Positions 1-7,263 of a DNA stretch of 22,978 bases are shown here, in pieces; position 1 is the first letter of the stretch; each line of letters begins with the position of its first letter. The notes under the pieces were generated by a model, which made no database searches, had not been told where the DNA came from, and saw only the letters and a program-made list of their open reading frames with translations. Source of the DNA: an archaeon. GTDB taxonomy: Archaea; Asgardarchaeota; Thorarchaeia; Thorarchaeales; Thorarchaeaceae. Both the position numbers and the translations under genes were made by a program. Location of the stretch: positions 1 through 22,978 of the forward strand of contig JAJRWI010000034.1 of NCBI GenBank assembly GCA_024276825.1, written 5' to 3'.

Positions 1-74
1 GCCACCGCGAGAACAAGCACTACCACTAAAACAGCTGCGGACAGATACACGACTCTCTGTTGTGACTTTCTCAC
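1..74 (-). CDS. 5' end of a secreted or membrane protein (partial, runs off the left edge)
   Basis: GTG start at 74 with AGGAGG (82-87) 7 nt upstream. It translates as MRKSQQRVVYLSAAVLVVVLVLAVA..., a basic n-region plus hydrophobic h-region typical of a signal peptide. Not in the ORF track. Confidence 0.75.
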   Translation of the reverse strand, partial: MRKSQQRVVYLSAAVLVVVLVLAV

Positions 75-89
75 TCTATCGCCTCCTAT

Positions 90-132
90 ATGTGTAGTGC
101 GAGGAAAGAAAGAATCCTCGCGTTCTACACAT
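90..132 (-). terminator. Intercistronic stem-loop (terminator or attenuator candidate)
   Basis: Minus strand ATGTGTAG-aac-GCGAGGA-ttctttctt-TCCTCGC-a-CTACACAT: 8 bp plus 7 bp stems with a pyrimidine loop. It includes the upstream stop codon and ends 2 nt before the next SD. Confidence 0.55.
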
Positions 133-1066
133 TCACCTTGAAGCTTGTACTAGCATCAGCCGAACCGACTGATACTGTAGCGAGAAAGTCGCTGCGGACG
201 TAGTCATAGACGCCAACTGTGATCAACGCGTCAGCGGTTGGGGTGATATCGAAGCCTACGACCTGAATGCCGTCCCCGCTCACATCATTGTCGTTCCACA
301 AACTGCTTGGATTCAAAGATACAAAGTAGTAGTAGGTCGAACCGATGTTGATTGAGCTGAGTGCACCACTCACGACTACGCTAGATGTGTTTACAGTGAT
401 CAGTCCAAATGGCCCGACGTATTCATAGTTGTCAGTCGGCAGATTTGTGTAGCCCTTGAGTGTGCCGACAGTAGTAGAAGTGTCCTGCCATCGCGGATCT
501 CCGAACCCGCTATCCGCATCACCGTTCTGGACGATCGAGCGAATTGTTGAGGTCGTACCACTTGTGGTGTTGAGCCATGCACTTGCTGAGGTGCTAAGCG
601 TGTTTCCGCTAGTGTCTTGTGCAACAACCGTCATTGAACTAGATATCTCATAGAGCTCCACAAGCCCTATAGAAACAGTAGTTTTCGATGTGTCCGCTTG
701 AGGAACCGTGAATGACTGAAGCGATGCATAGTAACTCCCTGCGGGATAGAAGACATAGAATGGACCTCCCATGCTATACTGTTGGGTTGTCGTCCACGCA
801 CCATTGCTCGGTGTCACTGGCTCCCAGTTCTGTAGATCATCAGACACGTATATAGTGTCGTTGACTTTCGTGTTGGACCCCTTTCCTATCATCACACCAG
901 ACACATAGACAGGTTCTCCGCCAGTTGTGGTGATATTATCACCACCGAACATTGAAAGGCTGACTCCGCCGAGCACAAAGCTCAGGCCGAGGATCACAAT
1001 TATTGCGCCAGCCGCAAGACCAGCGCCCTGGACAATGCTACCAGAGAATGAACTCTTTTTTCCCAT
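125..1066 (-). CDS. N-terminally anchored or exported Ser/Thr/Gly-rich protein, 313 aa (possible surface or virion structural protein)
   Basis: Start reassigned from 1129 to ATG 1066 (MGKKSS...) because GGGAGGAG lies at 1076-1083. Hydrophobic segment GLAAGAIIVILGLSFVLGG, beta-strand-like composition, no Cys, four N-x-T/S sequons (NIT, NDT, NTT, NTS). No family recognised. Confidence 0.75.
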   Translation of the reverse strand: MGKKSSFSGSIVQGAGLAAGAIIVILGLSFVLGGVSLSMFGGDNITTTGGEPVYVSGVMIGKGSNTKVNDTIYVSDDLQNWEPVTPSNGAWTTTQQYSMGGPFYVFYPAGSYYASLQSFTVPQADTSKTTVSIGLVELYEISSSMTVVAQDTSGNTLSTSASAWLNTTSGTTSTIRSIVQNGDADSGFGDPRWQDTSTTVGTLKGYTNLPTDNYEYVGPFGLITVNTSSVVVSGALSSINIGSTYYYFVSLNPSSLWNDNDVSGDGIQVVGFDITPTADALITVGVYDYVRSDFLATVSVGSADASTSFKVNV

Positions 1067-1140
1067 GTCGATCGACTCCTCCCTCGCACTCCCTCCAGCC
1101 AGTTGCCGCGAGGCGGAGGGGGACCTCACGGCTGGCTTGG
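1067..1140 (-). promoter_or_regulatory. Structured GC-rich 5' leader with an anti-SD loop
   Basis: GCCGTGAGG (1132-1124) pairs with CCTCGCGGC (1113-1105), including a G-U pair valid only on the minus strand. The stem is extended by AGCCA/TGGCT. The loop TCCCCCTCCG is complementary to the downstream GGAGG/GGAGGG tracts. Confidence 0.55.
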
Positions 1141-1144
1141 GCCC

Positions 1145-1165
1145 ACATCACTCATTGAGTGATGT
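1145..1165. promoter_or_regulatory. Perfect 10-1-10 palindrome at the predicted transcription start
   Basis: ACATCACTCA-T-TGAGTGATGT, beginning about 24 nt downstream of a minus-strand TTTAAATA box. Confidence 0.55.
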
Positions 1166-1188
1166 ATACATTATTGTATCCGAATTCC

Positions 1189-1196
1189 TATTTAAA
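1189..1196 (-). promoter_or_regulatory. Archaeal TATA box for the leftward operon
   Basis: TTTAAATA on the minus strand, upstream of the structured leader. Confidence 0.5.
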
Positions 1197-1263
1197 TTTA
1201 CCACTGAGGCGGGTGGTATTTTGAATATTTTAAAAGAACAAAACGCATGCTAACTAAGCTTTA

Positions 1264-1280
1264 ATAGCATTAAATGCTAT
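1264..1280. promoter_or_regulatory. Perfect 8-1-8 palindrome next to a TATA-like box
   Basis: ATAGCATT-A-AATGCTAT, followed by TTATATCA (1282-1289), which lies 23 nt before ATG 1313. Confidence 0.4.
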
Positions 1281-1312
1281 ATTATATCAAGCGCTATTGG
1301 GAAGTTTGGAGG

Positions 1313-1660
1313 ATGGCATTATTGTTACCTGATGAATGGGAAAGGAAAGTACGAAGAGCTATAGACAAATATCCCTCTCCGATCAGGGATCAGGTCCTTG
1401 CGATTTGGGAGGAGTGGCTCAAGTCTGAACCACATGCTCCTTTCTATATTAACTGGAACGAGTTTTCATCACGTTATGACGACCAAGAAGCATTGTATAC
1501 TGATTTGAGAGTCTATCTTAAGAAAGTCACCAATGAGCTAAAAGAGTTTGAAGTCCCTCCAACAATGCGCCAAAGAGTTTCTAAAGCACTAGCTGCTATT
1601 GTCAGTATAATTCTTGTCATTCTATTAGCATTATCAAGAGTGGCCAGAGCCAGTGAATAG
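1313..1660 (+). CDS. Hypothetical protein with a single C-terminal transmembrane helix (tail-anchored topology)
   Basis: Charged helical body and C-terminal ALAAIVSIILVILLAL. The start is more likely ATG 1313 (TATA spacing) or TTG 1322 (GGAGG 9 nt upstream) than 1274. Confidence 0.75.
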   Translation: MALLLPDEWERKVRRAIDKYPSPIRDQVLAIWEEWLKSEPHAPFYINWNEFSSRYDDQEALYTDLRVYLKKVTNELKEFEVPPTMRQRVSKALAAIVSIILVILLALSRVARASE

Positions 1661-1722
1661 GCAATCTCTCAATGAAGTCGAGTGAATAAGTTTTTACTAG
1701 TTCTTACTCGTATTCAGATACG

Positions 1723-3213
1723 ATGAGCGACTTTAGGGACCACATACCCTCTGATATGAGGGACTTTCTCGAGATTGCTTCTGATGCGGTGACTCGTTCT
1801 AAGAAAGTCTTAGCAATCTCTCACATTGATGCTGATGGAATCAGTTCTCTTGCTATTGTTGTCAATATGCTTGAAAGGCTGAATAAGAACAATACCTGGA
1901 GAAATATTCACCAGTTAAACTCAGAAACCATTTTTGAGGTCAAACAACTTGTCACAGATTTCAATCCCGATCTTGTGATATTTAGTGACCTTGGAACTGG
2001 TCAGATGCATCTTATTCAAGAGCATCTAGCAACAGAGAGTTCGGTTGAGCGAACAATCGTTCTTGATCACCACCTTTCTGGTGATGAACATGCCAGTCCC
2101 GCCGAATTGCTGGAGAGTGACTCGATCATTGAGATTAATCCCTGGCATCATCGACTGAGTGGGAGCTATGGTCTCTCTGGTGCAGGAACTGCCTTTCTTC
2201 TGGCATATGAGGTTTCGGAGGATAATGTTGACCTTACAGAGCTGGCAGTTGTCGGGGCCACAGGTGACCTTCAAGACTATTATGGAAAGGGCTTCAATTC
2301 GATAAACAAGGAAATCATTAGTCTTGGTATTGAATACGGATACTTACGAATTGACCGAGATCTGACATTCTTTGGTATTAATACGCGACCACTTCCGTAT
2401 CTTCTGCAATACGCCACTGACCCGTATCTTCCCGGAATAACTGGAAATGAAGATGCATGCTTTGAGTTCTTCAACAGGCTCGGAATTGAACTCAAACAGG
2501 GTGACACTTGGAGATTATGGGTTGATCTCTCACAGGACGAAAAGCAGAAGGTCATCCAGAATCTTATTCGAATCATTCTAGATGCCTATGATGACCCCCT
2601 CATAGCTACTGGCATTATAGGTGATGTCATAATTCTGGTTAAAAGGCCTCCCAGAACAGTCCTTCGGAGTGCTAAGGAGTTCTCCACCCTGCTGAATGCC
2701 TGCGGCAGAAATCGAAAGCCCGAGATTGGTGTAATGATATGTTTGGGTGATGAAGATGCATATCGTACAGGTCAAACACTTCTTCAACAACATAGGACAA
2801 ATCTCGCCATGGCACTGCGAAGACTGGAAAACAATTCATATCAAGAATATCCTGGAATGTATGTTGTAGACGATCCCGAAACACCCGACACAATAATTGG
2901 CATTGTCATTGGAATGGCGTTGGGATCGCGGATAATCCCAATAATTAAGCCTGTTATTGGAGTTGCAAGAAACACAACCGATGAGAGCGACACAATCAAG
3001 ATATCTGGCAGGTGCCATAAATCACTGGTTGACAAGGGTGTTAATCTCCGTGATATCTTTGTTGAAGTTTCTGAGATGTTGAATCGAAAATATGGTGGAT
3101 TAATTGCTGAAGCTGGAGGCCATCCAATGGCTGCCGGCGCTTTTGTTAAGGAAAAGCAACTGGATGAGTTCCTAAATGAAACATCATCTCAACTTGATTC
3201 AATATTGAACTAA
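1723..3213 (+). CDS. recJ: Archaeal RecJ-like DHH/DHHA1 phosphoesterase (ssDNA exonuclease, GAN/Cdc45-related family)
   Basis: Motifs HIDADG, SDLG, LDHH, VGATGD, NACGR, SGR and GGHPMAAGA. Confidence 0.9.
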   Translation: MSDFRDHIPSDMRDFLEIASDAVTRSKKVLAISHIDADGISSLAIVVNMLERLNKNNTWRNIHQLNSETIFEVKQLVTDFNPDLVIFSDLGTGQMHLIQEHLATESSVERTIVLDHHLSGDEHASPAELLESDSIIEINPWHHRLSGSYGLSGAGTAFLLAYEVSEDNVDLTELAVVGATGDLQDYYGKGFNSINKEIISLGIEYGYLRIDRDLTFFGINTRPLPYLLQYATDPYLPGITGNEDACFEFFNRLGIELKQGDTWRLWVDLSQDEKQKVIQNLIRIILDAYDDPLIATGIIGDVIILVKRPPRTVLRSAKEFSTLLNACGRNRKPEIGVMICLGDEDAYRTGQTLLQQHRTNLAMALRRLENNSYQEYPGMYVVDDPETPDTIIGIVIGMALGSRIIPIIKPVIGVARNTTDESDTIKISGRCHKSLVDKGVNLRDIFVEVSEMLNRKYGGLIAEAGGHPMAAGAFVKEKQLDEFLNETSSQLDSILN

Positions 3214-3221
3214 AAAGAGTA

Positions 3222-3240
3222 TAGGGGCTATATGCCCCTA
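3222..3240. terminator. Hairpin between convergent genes
   Basis: TAGGGGC-tatat-GCCCCTA in the 30-nt gap between two stop codons. Confidence 0.6.
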
Positions 3241-3243
3241 AAT

Positions 3244-3708
3244 TCAGTCTTCTTCTGCAGTCAACTGCGCACCAATTATACCCGGAACAAAGAGAAGTCC
3301 AAAGGCAACAGCAAGATCAATAGCAATGGCCTCTGCTGCAGCCTGAAGTGTTGGTAGGGCAATGGGTGAAGCAAGTGATAGTGCGACGTATCCAATAAAG
3401 AATACCACAAGTGAGATTATTGAGACGAAGAAGATTCTCACATGGCTCTTTGAGATTAGGCCTGCAACGAATCCAGCCACTCCAAGAGCAACAAGTGGTG
3501 AATAGCTTGGTGTTGCCTGAGTGGCTACCGTGTATGGTCTGAGAAGTTGTTGAAATAGTGCGCCTCCCCAAGCGGCAAGCTGTCCTGTTATATTTCCAGA
3601 ATCGATAAGTCCTTGAATATCACTGACTGATAATCCAACAATTTGAAATGCGCCGATAACAACTGCAGCTACCAACGCAACAAGCAATGCCATAATTGTT
3701 CTAAACAT
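3244..3708 (-). CDS. Hypothetical membrane protein (about 4 TM helices)
   Basis: Four hydrophobic segments, GGAAGTGA upstream of the ATG, fits the gene packing. Confidence 0.8.
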   Translation of the reverse strand: MFRTIMALLVALVAAVVIGAFQIVGLSVSDIQGLIDSGNITGQLAAWGGALFQQLLRPYTVATQATPSYSPLVALGVAGFVAGLISKSHVRIFFVSIISLVVFFIGYVALSLASPIALPTLQAAAEAIAIDLAVAFGLLFVPGIIGAQLTAEED

Positions 3709-3792
3709 TGAATCACTTCCTGTGGTGACTAATCATATCTTCAGTACATTATGTCTTTTATACTTCATGGATTCATTTAGAAAACCATTGCC

Positions 3793-4269
3793 TTACAATC
3801 TCATTATTTCCATAATCTCATCCTTGACCGAATAGATCAGATTTAGTACGAGTTCAGGTGTTTCAGCAATGGGCAGGTTATCGATTTCAAACCATGACAC
3901 GTCCAAGTCTGGTTTCTCCTCATGAAGATCGATGTTCATAGCTTTTGCAAGAAAGTGTATCAGAATGTAGTGAAACTCAATCTTGCCCGTACTGTCTGGA
4001 ATTATGAGATCATATGTGTCTAATAGCCTGATGACTTCACATCGTACGCCAGTTTCCTCAAGGACCTCTCGAACAATGGCCTCTCTCTGAGTTTCTCCAA
4101 CCTCGACCGCCCCGCCAGGGATACTCCACATACCGCGCCCAGGATCCTTATCTCTCCTTGTAAGCAATATCCCCTTCTTGCTGACAACGATTGCACCTAC
4201 TCCCGGTATGGGATACTTCGGATACTTTCTGTCTTTCAGCAATAGAACCACCTGATTAATATCTGGCAA
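3793..4269 (-). CDS. Nudix hydrolase (ADP-ribose pyrophosphatase-like)
   Basis: Nudix box GGAVEVGETQREAIVREVLEETG and N-terminal YPKYPIPGVG. The true start may be TTG 4242 after GGTGG. Confidence 0.9.
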   Translation of the reverse strand: MPDINQVVLLLKDRKYPKYPIPGVGAIVVSKKGILLTRRDKDPGRGMWSIPGGAVEVGETQREAIVREVLEETGVRCEVIRLLDTYDLIIPDSTGKIEFHYILIHFLAKAMNIDLHEEKPDLDVSWFEIDNLPIAETPELVLNLIYSVKDEIMEIMRL

Positions 4270-5407
4270 GATGTGTTGGAATGATTAGATGTTCATTACA
4301 TTCAGGACAGAACTGCATTTCGTTGAGGTCAAAATAATTTGGCTGATAAGAAACACGCAGGGTCTTCTTGCAGTTCGAACATTGGTACTTGACATATCCT
4401 CTTAGCTCGATGGATTTGATCCACGCAGCCAATGACTCCTCGGTATTTCCATTATTCTCATGATAGTTTGCAAGTACAATCCATGGTGTAGCAGAATTTG
4501 GGTCTTCCTTTGTTCCGTTGATAATACAATCATACATGTCATTTTCGCGATCCAATGATGAATATAGGTAATAAAGCGCCCACCACTTTCTTGGGTTGCC
4601 CTTTAATACATCGTTGGCCATCTGAATGTACTTCTGAGTTTCATCATATTTGTTTAAATGATGACTGACAACTGCCATTCTGATTATTGCCGCTGGCATG
4701 CACGGGTCATCATTAATCACAGAATCTAGAATCTTCTTGGCCTTTGCGAACTCTCCCCTCTGGATAAGAACTTCACTTCGAAGTACGCGTGGTCTGCAAT
4801 CATTGGATGAGATACTCTCGGCTCTTTCGATATATGGCAATGCTTCTGGTATATTCTCCTGAATCAGATAGATATAGGCCAAGTTTGACAGGGCCATCAT
4901 CGACTCGGGGATCTGCTCAAGAAGCCTCTTCCACTGCTCTGCCTCTGCATCGTAATCTCCCATGCGATGATAGCTGGTGGCACAAATACTTCTCAGATTG
5001 AAACTGTCTGGAAATTTATTAAGTCCCTCAATAGTGATATCCAATGCCTCTTTATATTGCTGGCTGAAATATAGGACATGTGCAAGGTCCTCCCAGGCAG
5101 GTCTTGAGTTAGAGTCCAGTCTGATAGCATTACGAAGCTCATCTTCAGCTTCCTTAAAACGTCCAACCACTCTCAATGCTCGACCCAGAAACAATGATAG
5201 AACACAGTGATCCTCAACTTGATCCTTTGCCCGTTCCAATACTTCAACAGCGTCCGCAGCACGTTCTGCCTGGACATAAGCTATTCCTAGATATACCAGT
5301 ACCTCGGGTCTGTGCTCAGAAGAAGCCATCTGTTCGAGAATTCGAATTGCATCATCAACACGGCCATCATCAATTGCCGCTACAGCTTCTTCAAGAGTTA
5401 ACCTCAT
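4256..5407 (-). CDS. TPR-repeat protein with a C-terminal CxxC...CxxC metal-binding ribbon
   Basis: Repeated TPR patterns (LGIAY...A...L, LGRAL...G...EA, NLAYIY...EA) and terminal CSNC...CPEC. Confidence 0.85.
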   Translation of the reverse strand: MRLTLEEAVAAIDDGRVDDAIRILEQMASSEHRPEVLVYLGIAYVQAERAADAVEVLERAKDQVEDHCVLSLFLGRALRVVGRFKEAEDELRNAIRLDSNSRPAWEDLAHVLYFSQQYKEALDITIEGLNKFPDSFNLRSICATSYHRMGDYDAEAEQWKRLLEQIPESMMALSNLAYIYLIQENIPEALPYIERAESISSNDCRPRVLRSEVLIQRGEFAKAKKILDSVINDDPCMPAAIIRMAVVSHHLNKYDETQKYIQMANDVLKGNPRKWWALYYLYSSLDRENDMYDCIINGTKEDPNSATPWIVLANYHENNGNTEESLAAWIKSIELRGYVKYQCSNCKKTLRVSYQPNYFDLNEMQFCPECNEHLIIPTHLARY

Positions 5408-5526
5408 TAAATTCTACCTTTTCGAAGTTTATCCACGAAACAAAGCACGAGAGTTTCAATGTCAATTCTCTGGCATTATTTCGAGAAAAATAGATTATAA
5501 GTATCTCTCGTTATGGCAATTTCACA

Positions 5527-6366
5527 ATGAGTCCAACCAGAATCGCAACTCCCTTTTCAAAACTTCATGCTGCAAGCCTTCTCAGTCATAAATCACGAAT
5601 TGCTAAGTTTAGAAGCGCTATAGAACAAGCAGTTGATAAAGACAATGTTGTGCTTGACATCGGCACTGGCACTGGTGTTCTAGCAATACTTGCAGCAAGG
5701 CAAGGTGCCAGAAGAGTAATTGCCCTTGATATTGACGAAGGATGCATTAATTATGCGCGGCAGGCTGCAAGAGCAAATGGCGTTGAGGACATAATAGAAT
5801 TCAGGCATATGCATTTTGAAGAATGCGTCCCTGACTGTCAAGTTGATGTTGTCATATGCGAGATGCTATCATCAATGCTTCTCATAGAACAACAAGTGCC
5901 CGCTGCAATTCATGCCCGTGAAAAAATACTTGCCAGGCATGGAGTCTTTGTCCCTAAGGAAGCCACAGTCTACCTTGTGCCTGTCGAGTGTGAGAGTGTC
6001 TGGAATCGATTTGAGGTTGATGGCCTTATCTTTCCACGGGTGCCTCAGACAATAGATGGCACATCAGCACGAGACCTTGCTGATGCTTCAGTTCTGGAAG
6101 TGTTTGATTTCACAAGTAATGATATCCCGAGAGAAGTAGACAGGGAACTCAAATTCAAGATTGTTGATGATGGTTCACTTCATGGTTTTGTTGGATTCTT
6201 CGAGTCACGGTTGTATGGTGACTTAATTCTGCGCATGGATGATGGCTGGAAACCTCTTTTTCTACCTCTAGACAGTCCAATTTCAGTTCATAAGGATGAA
6301 TCCATATCGGTCTATATCAAGTATGAGGCTGGAAATGTGGACTCTCTCCAACTTGGTCTGCGATAA
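5527..6366 (+). CDS. SAM-dependent methyltransferase with protein arginine methyltransferase (PRMT)-like architecture
   Basis: Motif I VLDIGTGTG, E-x8-E double-E loop (EMLSSMLLIE), GVFVPKEATVYL linker, beta-barrel signatures LHGFVGFF and GWKPLFLPL. TTATAAGT box 24 nt upstream. Confidence 0.85.
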   Translation: MSPTRIATPFSKLHAASLLSHKSRIAKFRSAIEQAVDKDNVVLDIGTGTGVLAILAARQGARRVIALDIDEGCINYARQAARANGVEDIIEFRHMHFEECVPDCQVDVVICEMLSSMLLIEQQVPAAIHAREKILARHGVFVPKEATVYLVPVECESVWNRFEVDGLIFPRVPQTIDGTSARDLADASVLEVFDFTSNDIPREVDRELKFKIVDDGSLHGFVGFFESRLYGDLILRMDDGWKPLFLPLDSPISVHKDESISVYIKYEAGNVDSLQLGLR

Positions 6367-6423
6367 GGCATCAAGACATATCTTTATTTGGTGTTTTTTC
6401 TGGAAGACAGGTGGTGACCTTGC

Positions 6424-7089
6424 ATGGAACTTAAAGGACCTCTCTGCTATGTGCTTGACTTTGATGATATCTATAATTATGCTCATCAGACAGCCAAAAA
6501 GATCAAAGAATCTGGCTGGAAGCCTGATGCAATAGTTGGTATTGCTAGGGGCGGATGGGTTCATGCGCGAATCCAATGTGACCTCCTTGGTGTAAAAAAT
6601 CTCTACAGTGTCAAAGTTGACCACTGGGGTGTCACTGCCACCCGCGATGGAAAGGCCAAACTCACGACTCCTTTGAATGCTGATTTGTCAGGAATGAAAG
6701 TATTGGTTGTTGATGACATCACGGATACTGGCGAGAGCCTTACCATGGCGGTCGAGAATGTTAAAGAGTCTGGCCCTGAGGATGTTAGGTCTGCAACATT
6801 AATGCATATCGTGGGTTCGAAATTTGTGCCCGACTATTATGGAGTTGAGATCTCTTGGGCTTGGGAGATATTTCCATGGAACTTCTATGAGGACTTGACA
6901 TCCCTGATCTTGAAGATCTTTGAGGGTGAAAATGTCAAAGAACTCAGTACACTCGAACTTCAGAAACATCTCCGTGAATACAATAATATCGTTCTTTCTG
7001 AAGACCGCCTGTCAAAAGTAAAGGCACACATGGGCTATCTTGGAAAAATCGTGTATCCTCTTGATAAGGTGTGGAAACTCAAAGAGTAG
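6424..7089 (+). CDS. Type I phosphoribosyltransferase (archaeal purine PRT-like)
   Basis: IARGG, PRPP loop VLVVDDITDTGESL, PDYY and WEIFPW. GGTGGTGA SD. Confidence 0.92.
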   Translation: MELKGPLCYVLDFDDIYNYAHQTAKKIKESGWKPDAIVGIARGGWVHARIQCDLLGVKNLYSVKVDHWGVTATRDGKAKLTTPLNADLSGMKVLVVDDITDTGESLTMAVENVKESGPEDVRSATLMHIVGSKFVPDYYGVEISWAWEIFPWNFYEDLTSLILKIFEGENVKELSTLELQKHLREYNNIVLSEDRLSKVKAHMGYLGKIVYPLDKVWKLKE

Positions 7090-7122
7090 ATCGCTTGTGC
7101 GATCCGCCCCCTCTTTCTTCCC
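7089..7122 (+). terminator. Hairpin plus pyrimidine tract after the PRT gene
   Basis: GATCGC-ttgt-GCGATC followed by CGCCCCCTCTTTCTTCCC. Confidence 0.5.
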
Positions 7123-7263
7123 ATATCCACTATGAATCTCCTCCCCATTTGCATTAATCCATTTAATCCTATATTCTGACAATATGAATGACATCATTCC
7201 TACATCATCTATAAATGGAAGATTGCTCCCCAATTGCCCGATAACAAATAGGAAGAAACGACA

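Noticed and set aside
1067-1129. N-terminal extension MRSPSASRQLAGGSAREESID from the ORF track
   Set aside because: It reads through the structured leader and SD. ATG 1066 gives a proper basic plus hydrophobic N-terminus.
1264-1292. Resemblance to a dif/Xer site (GCATTAAATGCTATATTATATCAA)
   Set aside because: The spacing between the TAA and TTA cores is 8 nt rather than 6, and the sequence is explained by a palindrome plus TATA box.
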